A stretch of DNA of 64,000 nucleotides from Azolla caroliniana (Eukaryota > Plantae > Polypodiophyta). Shown piece after piece: positions 52,501 to 64,000 of this stretch. Each line of letters opens with the position of its first letter. Within the stretch, counting starts at the first letter, position 1. The translations under genes were made by a program, and so were the position numbers. The notes beneath the pieces are model-generated. The model searched no databases, was not told where the DNA came from, and was given only the letters and a program-made list of their open reading frames with translations. The DNA is taken from positions 3,224,001-3,288,000 of the forward strand of contig JBHGNT010000002.1 in the NCBI GenBank assembly GCA_043228905.1, in the 5' to 3' direction.

Positions 52501-52643
52501 AAGGATTTGAGTGGTACTGTGGAGCCATGTACATATGTTGAAAAGTGACACCTGTCTGCCCTTTGCTTTGAATGACTTTGTAGCCAGATGAGTCGTACTT
52601 TTCTCGGGTGAGAAAGGAGCTGGAAGAACTGGGTGTTATGTGA
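49547..52643 (+). CDS. DTX: Deltex-family E3 ubiquitin ligase: tandem WWE domains + RING-H2 + Deltex C-terminal (DTC) domain, about 460 aa; 5 exons: 49547-49846, 51048-51839, 51935-52107, 52390-52447, 52584-52643
   Basis: WWE1: QWEW...[16 protein letters not shown]...[23 protein letters not shown]2: SWLWFD...[16 protein letters not shown]...[23 protein letters not shown]: CSIC...CNHPFHHEC...CPEC. DTC: [13 protein letters not shown]...LDGYP...[21 protein letters not shown]...[31 protein letters not shown]...[11 protein letters not shown]...[23 protein letters not shown]. The spliced total is 1383 nt, open frame. Confidence 0.92.
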
Positions 52644-54764
52644 GTAGAAGAAAATTTCTTGGGAGTAGTATATTTGCTTCGCAAGTTCTTGGCCTCTTTC
52701 CACAACAGCAATGTGAATCAAAGCATTTCCTTTTGAAGATTGTTTTGGCTTTTTTTTGTGATTGCGATGTGCGCAGAAAACTTCCTTTTGAAGATTTGTT
52801 CAGGTGTTTTGTTTCGGATGTTTGGGGACCTTTTCTTTTTGGTCTTCGAACATCGAAACATAACAAAAATTCAAAGCTTTATTTATGGTTCCAAACCTAC
52901 CTAATTCTTGTAAAATTTGAACTCCAATGTAAGAAAATATGTTCTAATGTATATAAAAAAAGGTATATCACCTCTTATAAGAAGAGAATATAATGGGTTT
53001 TACATAATTCAAAGCTCTAAGAATCGAGGTAAAAACCTGAGGCAAACATTGATTTGGTTTGATCTTTTGGAAGGCCCCACATCTAGAAGCCACCCACAAC
53101 TTACTTTGTAGTAGTGGAGGTCTAATTGATTGAATATCTTTTGAAGTTTCTCAATATACACTTTAGGAAGGTCCAATTGAAACTTAGATATGTAGTCATA
53201 GATAGCTGGTGAGATATGTAGTCTTTAAAAATTGGCGACGCATGAAGAAAAATCATAGCTGAGGTCACATTATTACCGACCACAATTTAAAGATGTAATC
53301 AATCATAGTTGAGGTCACATTATTTCCGGCCACAATTTAATCATTTCATCTTTTTGACATTTTTGTAATTTAGGTAGGTAAGCAGGCATACATAACACAT
53401 TACATATATTCCATATAGATATTTGCACATGTGTACTCTTGTAGAGTAGGTCTCACTCATTCAATATCTCTTTTCAAATTTGTCAATATATACTCAAGAA
53501 TTGTCAAACGATGTGTAGTCATAATTAGGTGACAAGACGATATTTATGTGGTCACGTTGTATTTTGTTGTTATTTGTAAACATATGTTTTCGACTACACT
53601 TTAATCGTTATCTTTTTGACCTTTTTGTTGTTTGGATACATAGGCATACATATAACACATTATGTTGAGAGTATGATATTTGGATACACACTCTAAAAGA
53701 GCAGACCAAATTGATTGAATAACTTTTCAATTTTCTCAAGCTATAGTTTTGAAAGGTCAAACAAGAGGTAGATAATAGTCATAAAACATGGGCAAGATAT
53801 GTAGCAAGCATTAAACAAACGCTGATGAGTAGTTATAACTTTGGTCACGTGGATTCCGACCATAATATATTCATTATTGGTTTGACCTTATTTACGTAAA
53901 TTACATGTTATGTTCTGCCATTGATTCATTGTACTGTTTGTCAACATGTGTTTTACTGCTTTGACTTTTTCAAAAATTCAAGGCTTGGGTATCACATCGT
54001 AATGAAAGCGTCATGCAATTATGGTGGCAATGCATGCACATGGAGACACAATACAATACCAATATCTTTGAATGTGTGACAAATAAAGTCAAGAAAATAT
54101 AAAAGTAGACCATGGGATAGAAAATACAAGAAGTCTAATATCCACATTTTGGCAACTAGAATCATGTAGATGGGCACCATTTGCTTCGTTCTACTTGGCT
54201 ATGCACATTTAAAGATTAGATGAGAAAGAAATGGTTATATAATAAAATGTGTAGATAAAGAGGATCTCTTTGGTATACTGTATGTGACTAGAATAAAAAT
54301 TACAGTTCAAAATTTGGAGAGGATGGAGTCACACTACGTATCTTCCTTCCATATGAAAAGAGATTGTAGATAGATACTCTTGTTACTGTTTCATGATATC
54401 AATCATATTCCATCTCTAGTGTGAGGGCATCGAAAACGTTGGATGATGAGACTTTCATTTAGTGGTGGTATGAACTTATTTTTAAGATAAAGATAATGCC
54501 AATAATTCAAAGTTCATTTGTTCAAGGAAACGCCATTACATCTCATATATCATTATGCATTATGGTCTTGAGGAGGCATTCCTTTTGTTGTGAGGTGCTT
54601 GACCCACCTCCATATATCGTTCCTTTATAAAAATAATAATATTGGTATAACCCTCCAAATGCGAAGGTTATTGAATAACCACTTTGATTCTCAATTTTTG
54701 TTCCTCATAAAAGAATTTTGTTCAAACTAAAAGAATTTGGATGTCCCACGTGCAAACCATTATT

Positions 54765-57723
54765 TTAAGCACTAGAATGATGTTTCGCAAGGATTGATGT
54801 GATGGCCGCAGCTAAAGCAGAGGTTATCAAACTCGGATTAGCAGTGATGGCCGTTGTGATGCTCTCAATGTTATTGTAATGAGCATGTGGCTCATTCACG
54901 ACGCCACAATTAGATGATGATGACACATGGGCTGAAGTCATATTTGGATTCGAGGTATGTTTTGGCAATTTGTTGTTAACTTTCTCGGAGGGGACACTAT
55001 TGCTTGTGACCATGTTTGAGGTGGTAGTTGAAAGGGGTGTGGATTTGGTAGTATTGGCTATTTGTGGTAATAAGGGATAGAGATGTGGTAAGGATGTGAA
55101 GTCCATGGTTACCGTGGGTAGTGGAGTTGATGAGGAGATAGTTGCCACAACTTGGTTTGCATTAGGGATGAGGCTAGGATCACATGTCATTGAGGGGAAT
55201 ATGAATTGTCCCCCGTTATTCATGGCTTCTGTTATATTCACACTCGAAGTACTACCTGTTGAGAGCATTGATGCAGCAGCCGATGTTGTTGATGCCATCA
55301 TTGATGCTGCTAGTGATAGCTCATGATTATGAGTTCCCTCATAGGTTACAATAAGAATGTCCTTGTCTTCCTCGCTCCTTTGCACCTATAGGAAACATAT
55401 GTGAGATAAACACATTATAGACTTTCATTTTACATTTTTTGTAGAAAATATATGTGAGGTGAAAATACATTTATGGATTAAAACAATGAAAACTATCACA
55501 CTTACATGCTTTCGCACTGGGCAATTTGAGGCCATGTTGCATCTATAATAGGCACGTGGATTTGGATTTCCTTTACATATTTTTTGTCCATACTTTCTCC
55601 ATTGGCATCCATCGCTTAACTGTTAAGACATGACGAGTCAGAAATTCCTCTACAAATATTTCAACTCTATCTTGAGTGCTTTTGTCAATTGAATTTTTGT
55701 ATATTTATATGTGGAATGTCGTTACCTCACATTGAGGTTTCCCACTTAGAGTAATACATGAATGGCTAAAAACACACACATAATGGGTAAAACCCTTCAA
55801 TTTTATATTAGCGCACATACATTTATAATGAGCGAATGCATGCATTGAATCTCTTTTTTTATTTGAAGATGTTGTCAATGGTGTCAACAATGATATCAAC
55901 GAGAATGTGGTAACTACGTTAGATGATAATGATAAATTTATATCTCTATATGATGGGAGAGTGATGATGTTTTAGAATTACCATGGGGGCTTCCGAGCGC
56001 ACTCGAATGGAAACACGTGCTTTTCGTAGCGTTGTTTCATTCAATGGGGACTTGGCGATGGTAGCGCTTGTTTGATTATCTTTGACATGAAGTGACGAGT
56101 CTGCGTGGTGATCGGCTTCCACACTAGTTTCATGCTCTAGAGAAGAGCTAATACTATCAAGGGGTGAGCTAGAAGTAAGGTTGATGCATGCCTCCTCATG
56201 CACGGATTCTAAGAGTTGAGGGGACGATTTCCAACGTTTCTTGTTGTCACGTCCATGCGACTCGTGATTCCTTTCTAACCGTAGTTCATGATGTTTCCTC
56301 GCTCTCTTGGTTTCACACATGCTCGGCATGGCGACCTCCATTTGTCCTCCCCCTAGGACACGTTTCGCTTGGTCAACGGGTTCGGTCTTGACGTGACAAG
56401 CCATCGTATCCATTACATCTAAGTGGTGTGCCTCATGTTTTCCGTAATGAGTTGTTGGTCCAGAAGGTAGCGAAAGAACCTGGGAACATTTTCATTTTGT
56501 TATTTTTCGGGATGTGAGCACCAGCTAGTAGTTAATCATATTATAAAAGATGCTAGCAATTAATCATATTATAAAAGATGCTAGCAATTAATCATATTAT
56601 AAAAGATGCACTTTGTTACATACACATTTTCTTTGGCATAATATTTGGTTTGTTATTTACCATGGTACACCCATCACTCCAACCTCTATCTAAAGGTTCA
56701 ATATTGGCAATGCCAAGAGGGATTTAGGGTTGGCTAATTTGATTGATTTAGAGAACTAACTATGTCACAATGTTTACCAAGGACCTAACTAATGAATTAG
56801 CTAACTAACTAACCAATATATATGCTAGCTAACTTACTAACTAATTCCCTAGAGCTAGCCAGCTAACTTGCTAATTAGCTTAACTAACCAAGGTTTACCA
56901 GCTAGCAAACTAATTACTTGGCCAACTAGCTAAGTTTAGTAGTTCTATAGCTAATTATCTAACTAGCTCACTGCCTATCTCACTAATTACTTGGCCAACT
57001 AGCTAAGTTTAGTAGTTCTATAGCTAATTATCTAACTAGCTCACTAATTAGCTCACTAATTACCCGATTAACTAATCATCCAATGTTTACCAGCTAGGTA
57101 GCTAGCCAACAAAGAAACAAACTAGGCAATGCCAACTGCCCTTCCTAACAGATTATCCGACCAACTAACTAATCAAATCAGCCCATTACAAATTTAATAG
57201 AAACGAAAACCCTAATTGCAAAAACTAGATCCCAATAACAGAAAACATTTCTAGGGTAAAGAAATAGAGAGATTTTACCTTGGATTCTAGCAAGTGAGGA
57301 TTGTTAATAAGACATGATTCCAATTTGTTATAGCTAGTGCGGATATTAGATATATCCTTCTTCAATTTGTTGTTCTCTTCAGTGACTCTCGCTAGATTGC
57401 TCTTTAGCTGAAATTGAAAATAAAAAATCATTCATTAGATCGGAGCTTTCGATCCATCAATCAATTTAATAGATCAATTAGGAATGTATAATTGCCTCTT
57501 GGATTTCTTTGGTGATTGAATCACTGGATCTGTTGATATTGCCAATAATCTTGCCAGACGCTGTGACTGAATCATCGATCGTATCTATAAGCGGTGCAGT
57601 GATTATATTATACTCTTGATAAGCACCATGATTATAGTGGTGAGAAATCTCGAAACTATCAATGTGATCATTAATGGATTTGTTTTGAGGAGATGCTGTC
57701 TGTAGAAACAAGTCTAACTCCAT
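54765..57723 (-). CDS. WRKY: WRKY transcription factor, group IIb; 5 exons: 57723-57496, 57407-57279, 56479-55982, 55619-55506, 55385-54765
   Basis: Coiled coil [84 protein letters not shown]. IIb tail motifs [48 protein letters not shown]. Confidence 0.93.
56531..56610. repeat. 27-bp tandem repeat x3 in WRKY intron
   Basis: ttaatcatattataaaagatgctagca repeated. Confidence 0.85.
56750..57110. repeat. Low-complexity (t/c)aactagc array with internal ~73-bp duplication in WRKY intron
   Basis: taattacttggccaactagctaagtttagtagttctatagctaattatctaactagctcact at about 56911 and about 56984. Confidence 0.7.
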
Positions 57724-58049
57724 TAATATTCTGGTTTTTGGGGGAGATTAAGGTGGATTAGAAATGGGTTTAAAAGGAAGGGATTAGTGAGAGTGATTAG
57801 GGGGTGAAGAGGGAAGGGTGAAGTAATAGAGAAGAGATTAGTGGGTGATTAAGAGGTGATTTAAGAGGTGATTAGTGAATTAGAGAAATGCTTTGGATTT
57901 GAGAGATGAGAGACAATTTCTCTTTTCCTTTCTCTGGATGATTCTTTCTATTTAAGCGCGACAGAAAGTGATTAAAAAGAAAAAGAAAACAAACAAATTT
58001 GGACGGAGAAGAAAAAGCAGCCCATGTTTTTCTTTCCTCTTTTGTTTTT

Positions 58050-58225
58050 ATGACTTTTTTTGCTTTTTTCCTTTCTTTGATTTTCCATTTGTTCTTTCCT
58101 TGACTTTCTCTCTCTCTCTTTCTTGACCTTGACTAAGTCTTCCCTCAAATCTTCATCTTCCCCTCTCTCTCTCTCTCCATCTTATCTCTCTCTCTCTCTC
58201 TCTCTCTATTGACTTTTCATGACTT
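58050..58225. promoter_or_regulatory. W-box cluster upstream of the WRKY gene
   Basis: TTGAC(C/T) at 58100, 58123, 58129 and 58209, plus TGACT cores at 58051 and 58220, about 330-500 bp upstream of the ATG. Confidence 0.6.
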
Positions 58226-59967
58226 TAAAAAAGAAACCAAATTATACAAAAACCTACAGTTTCTTGCCTACCTAACGCCCACGTTTTTTTTGTAAATTTG
58301 TTTAATTTGCAATCGAGAGACCTACTAGGAAACATCCCCACGTGTTTCACACACACTTTTAACATCTCGACCAAGAATCATACTTTAGGAGAGAGGTGCC
58401 CAAGATGGGCCAATGCGCGGGACCTACATCGGAAAAATGTAATTATAGCCGCAATTGTTGATTTCACAAACTGTCAGAGTTATATTCATAAATTCAAGCG
58501 AAACTTTTCGATAATCTCTAGATACTCTCCTATTCCTTCTCCCCCCTTTTCTTTTTAATGTCATCTTTCGTGTCTCTTCCTCTCGTGTTATCAAATCCTT
58601 TGATGATCGTATACATCACACATGCTATCATGGAATTTACGCATAATGCATATATTCCAAATTGATGATTGATGTGTCATGTTCTGTAGAGTTTACACAT
58701 GAATAGCAATGGTGTAGAGCCCATGTAGAGTTACCCAAGAGATGTGGCCAATGTTGTTAGTGGGCACTAGGAATGCAAGGGGCCCTAGGGGAAAGAAGGT
58801 CTAGGAACACTCATCAAACAATTTGACGACTCCTCACCCTCAATGGTAAAGCAAAGGAGTGTGAGAGCAAAACAAATGTGGGTTAAGTTTTTATGCATGA
58901 GAATCATTGCATGCAATTCTAAGCTGACACAATAAAGGTTGATCGAGGGCCTCTTCGCCATCACATAATTTGCAAGAAGTCAAGCACTTAGAAACCCTAT
59001 GAAAAGGTAAGCGAGGAAACGGAGAATGGAGGAAAAGCACTTTGATAGGTTGGTCTAGGGAGGTGAAAAGAGAGGTTGGAGGGTTTACAAATTACCTTCG
59101 TAGCTCAACAAGAGAATAGACTCATGAATGGTACCATAGTGCAAAGGGTTTGTTGTTGTGGTGGTGGTGATGGTTGTTTAAATGATCCAACAACATAAGA
59201 ATTTTGTGTAAACACATATCGCCTACTTTTTGTATGCATAGTTGTTGTCCATATGCCTACATGCTACCGTAAGCTTGAATATTTAAATTGGGATTAACAT
59301 ATTTTAGCGTAAAGTCAATTAGAAAAACCATTTCACATGAGATTTAAAATGCACATGATATTGTTTTTTCATATCAAATGTTAAGGTTGAGTTGTTCCCA
59401 GATATTTCTTCATTATTCATCTTTTCTTGATTGAATCTATCTGTTATCCATTTGAGGAGTTATTTATTTCTGGCCTTAGCATTCACAGACATTTGCATGG
59501 CATATCTTGGCCTTCAAATTGTTATAGTTGTTTATTTTTTGGATGCAAATGGGCAATTCTATATACATTTAATGAGAAAGAAAGCATTTATGTCAAAGTT
59601 TGATGGTGGCAAGGTTCCTTTAGTGACATGTTTACAAGTGTGATTTATCTCAAATGGAATGTGTTCTCTTACATAATGGTCCAAGTGAATGTCAACACAT
59701 ATCCCATTAATGCTTAACCATGGAGGATATTTGTTTTTTCCTTTGATTACCATGGGTGTAACAGCAAGATATGCAACCATGTCCTCATCTATGTGGGTAT
59801 TTGCTTGCTTGGTTGAAATTTGCCCTCAGAATCATACATGGTGTTGCAATCTTTATCATAATTGGTGCATATGGGATGCCTTTGTGCTTGGGTAAATTCA
59901 TTAGATGAGCAATGGAAAGCATTTCATGAACATATAATATATACATATACATACATACATACATACA

Positions 59968-59999
<32 letters not shown>

Positions 60000-60237
60000 C
60001 CCTTTACATCTTTGGCAAAAATAAGAAATTTACTTAGATCTTTGCTTGGTTTTCCGATTTTTGATTAAAAAATAGAGATCTTAAAATATTTTCCCTCAAC
60101 TCACACTAGCACTACGTTTTACAAAGATTGCAAGTACTCAATGATTGCTTCAAAATTTTCGGATCCCCCATTTGGTTTTACTGCATACCTTGTCCATACA
60201 TCTTGCATAATGTAAATCACCTTTCTCCCTTACAAGA

Positions 60238-61381
60238 GTTGTAGAATACTCAACATACAATACGTGTAGCATATATATACAAGTTATTCATTTTTTTAAG
60301 AGTGTTGTATTGCCCCTCTATGTTGCTTCTTAAAGCGTTTATGCTTCCCTCAATTAATTGATTTGTGCCACTTTACCACCTTTCAATCCAATTTCATTTA
60401 AAAAGTCAGGTCACACTCTTATCTAAGCAAGCTCAACCCTTGATTTTCAAGCATTTTATACAATACGCGTAGAATACATATGCTGGGTATCTAAAAGTAT
60501 TCAACATTTAAAAAAACAATACTTACAATACTTACAATACTTGTTCTACAAATAAAATAGGTTAAATACATAGACTGCGTACACAATATATTAAATACTT
60601 CTTAAAATTTAAAGTTAAAAAATAAATAAAATTTATTATTGTTTTAACTAACTAAAGACAACATCGACTATAACTAGTCGTTTTCCATTCACAAAAATTT
60701 GAAGCTATTTAATTATGAGATACATGACAAGGAAATTTCGATATCATGGACTCTTTTGCAATGGAAAGCATTGCATGTAGGGTACCATTGCCTGGAAGGT
60801 TCTCCCAATCGTATCATTGTCTCCAACAAGCATAAGAAGCTAACTTGATCAATTGAGTATTGAGTGAGAAACCTAAATTTGTTATAAAAACCTAGCATGA
60901 GAAACCCTAAAATTTGATCCAAAAGCACAAACAAGAAACCCTAAATTCTGATACAAAACCACAAACAAGAAACCCTTATTTTTCATCACAATCGAGGTGA
61001 TATGAACAAAAATCCTAATTGTTAAAAAATGAGTATTCTATGTTTTAGAATACTCTGAAGTATTCTAAGTATTTTATAACTACCATTTTATAAATCTTCA
61101 CGTGTTCTAAGTATTCGACTTAATATTCACGTATTTAACAAGTATTTAATATTTCAGAAAAGTTTATAAATTTTTAAAAATTAATTTAACAAAAAAACTT
61201 TAAATTCTAAGAAGTATTTAATGTATTTGATACGTATTCTATGCATTTAAAGTATTCTACGAGTATTCTAAGTATTTAACGTATTTTATTTGTGAAATAC
61301 AAATTATAAGTATTTTAAAAAATAAGCTAGAATACTTAGCATTCGTATTCTATGAGAATTGTATGTTAAGTAGTCTACAAC
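60238..61381. mobile_element. Non-autonomous TIR DNA transposon (MITE-like, possibly hAT)
   Basis: Left gttgtagaatactcaacatacaat vs reverse complement of right end gttgtagactacttaacatacaat (22/24). Inverted aatact/agtatt subterminal arrays. No TSD found. Related motifs occur at 1-120 and 5299-5370. Confidence 0.65.
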
Positions 61382-62099
61382 AATGACAAAAATCTTCAAG
61401 AAACCTACATAAATCACATGATCATTGAAAGAGAACAAATTTCTTTTCACCATATCTGTGGTCTTTTGCTTGATCACGATACTTTAACTCTCTCTCTTCA
61501 ATTGAAACCAATTTCATTCTTTGAAGAATCATTACAAAACACCACCGCTCCCCCCCTCCAATTATGCTTCAATAAAAATTCCTCAACTAATGCACATGGC
61601 AAAGGTTTTCTTGAAGGATGATGGCAAGCCATCCATGCATTGATTTTGCTCTTGATTATTGCAGGATGTCTTGTAGGACACATTTTGATATGCAAGATGT
61701 TGTGTGATGGATTCATCCTCATACATTATTTCTGGTTTACATTCTCATTCATGACTTTCTTGTTCTTCTTCTTGTGCTTCCTCTTCTACTTCTACATTCT
61801 CCCTCTTGAGTCTCCACCCCCACCTCCGTCATCATTTGTCGACAACCATGAGGTCCTGGGATTGTTGGAGGGTGAGGGAGAAGTGGCCTAGATGTTGCTT
61901 GTGCCTGCAGAGAAAAATAGATAGCAGAGTAAGAACCAAAATAGATAGCTAGAATGAGAATAGTTAGACCCTTTGGGCAAGCACTAGAAAACCTTACCAT
62001 ATGTTGAAGTTATATACCTACTAATAAATAGTGAGAATTAACTTTTTGGCCTTGATGAACATGTTATACAATATAGATAAAACAATTGTGTAACCTGAA

Positions 62100-63190
62100 G
62101 AACTAAGTAATTCCCATCAAGTGACAATAATGCCCTAGCGCTATATGTGGTAGAGCTTTGGTCAGCGCATCTGCGATATTTCCTTGAGAGACAACATTCT
62201 CATGATTAATGTGGCCAACAAACTATGCATTCTCAGATGAAGTGGTATCACACTCCAATGTGCTTGACCTTTGCATGGTATATTGGGCTCTTAACCAATG
62301 CAATGGCACTATGACTATCACAAAACACTATGGGTACAAGCCGAGGTATGCCTATGTCACATGCTAATCTAGAAAGCCATATAGCTTCCTTACATACTTT
62401 AGTCGCAGCAACATACTCCGCTTCTGTAGTGGACACAACAATACACTCTTGGAGACAAGATCTCCAAGATATGACATCTCCCATAAATTGAAAAATGTAC
62501 CCTGAAGTAGATTTTCTGTTGTTAGAACAACCAATGTAATTAGAATTGATATATCCAATAATGGATACATTTCTGTCACCTAAACATAAAAACTTATTTT
62601 TAGTGCCACTAAGATATCTTAGAATCATTTTAATTGCTTTCCAATGTTTCTTACTTGACAAAAGTATGCTCACAACTCCCACTACAAATGCAATGTCTAG
62701 CCTAGTCACTATCATAGCGTACATAAGACTACCAACAACAAACTGGTAAATAATTTTACTCATGAACTCCTTTTCATCATCAGATTTGGGACATTCATTT
62801 TTGCTCAATTTAACTTGCATATATAATGGTGTGCTCAAAGGTTTTGCACTCACCATGTTAAATCACCATGTTAAACTTCTTGAGTGTTTTGCATACATAC
62901 TCACATTGAGATGAATAAATACATCCATTACTCCTATCTCGAGTAATATGCGTGCCAAAGGATGTGTTTTGCATTTCCCAAATTTTTCATCAAAAGTTTG
63001 ACTCAAATTTTTCTATAGTTTAGATAGCTCATCCTTGTTTTTACTAGCAATGAACATGTCATCTACATAGAGTACCAAAATCACATATGAGTTATCTATA
63101 CATTTCTTCGTATATAAGCATGAGCATTGATTGCTCCTATCATAACTTTGGAACCTCATAAAAGCATCAAGTTTTTGATACCACTTTCAA
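62100..63190 (-). mobile_element. Old Copia RT/RNase H remnant
   Basis: LVLYVDDM-like region, VGSLMYAMI..RLDIAF.VGVVS, RKSTSGYIF, VSTTEAEYVA, FCDSHSAIAL, YHAKVKHI. Frameshifted and AT-shifted. Confidence 0.85.
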
Positions 63191-64000
63191 AATTAGGGTG
63201 ATTCACATTTTGTCGCATTTTGAGATCTGTCCATAAAAAAATGACACAAATTAGGGTGATTCACAAAAAGGGGTGCCGCATGTGTAAAGGATTTTAAAAA
63301 ATGTCCCAAAAATATATTGATTTCTAGCATGTATGAAAATTTAGGTGTTCAAAAAAAGGCCTAAATAATGGACATGCCAAACTTACAAATGAATGTCCAC
63401 AATGACTAACACCAATATGTATAGAAATTCATGAATCCAAATTTTGATGTACAATACAATATTTACAGTTAACGTATCAGGACAATCGTTTTCCAAGTTT
63501 ATGCCATCATCTTCATACCCATTAGATGAACTAGTAAGAGTTTATGAGGTCTCATCCTCATCATCAATGGCAACTAATGCATTGTCTTCATCCAATTGCA
63601 ATCCAACCTCATCGAGGTTATGAGTCATGCTTCTTGTTTGCCTTTGTGTTGTGTTTGAAGCCACATTCGAGATCCTCTTTTAATATCTTCATTGTGGTCT
63701 GTCGTAGATAACTTGTTTTGGTCAAAGATAAGTCAATCACTAGTATATAAACATTATCCAATGTAAGAGTAGATGTGCTTGATGCATTCTTTCTTCTTCA
63801 CTTTCTGATTATGATATTTAATTATGATATTTACGATATTTGATTATGTGAGAGAAACCTTCTACTAAAATCATTATAATCTAAAAAATACCATAAAGAT
63901 GTTTTTTCATTTTTCGTAGATTCTCAAAGTAAGCCTTTGATGTCAAACAGAAATCAGATTCATTCCATCTAGATCTGATGCACTATGTCAAATTTAACTC

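Overview
Eukaryotic land-plant nuclear DNA, with spliceosomal introns, Copia and Gypsy elements and microsatellites. The gene content and divergence suggest a seed-free plant such as a fern; this is inference. Seven host genes can be assembled by hand: two tandem CASP-like genes, an intronless SARD4/ornithine-cyclodeaminase-family gene, an ACD32.1-like alpha-crystallin/sHSP gene, an RBM26/27-like PWI-CCCH-RRM gene, a group IIb WRKY gene, and a complete Deltex-type E3 ligase. The Deltex gene (WWE-WWE-RING-H2-DTC, 49547-52643) is the most unexpected: this architecture is known from animal DTX1/2/4, which ubiquitylate ADP-ribosylated targets, and I do not know it from seed plants. The region 18.3-35.1 kb is a nest of transposons: a very young full-length Copia with one nonsense codon, inserted in a Gypsy LTR, plus a MULE-like element, a degenerate Copia with a different gag, and LINE and tRNA-derived remnants. 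Other oddities are three GC-AG introns among about 22, tandem copies of the SARD4 stop-codon region, and a variable 20-aa repeat in the CASPL N-terminus. All family assignments come from motif recognition; no database searches were run.
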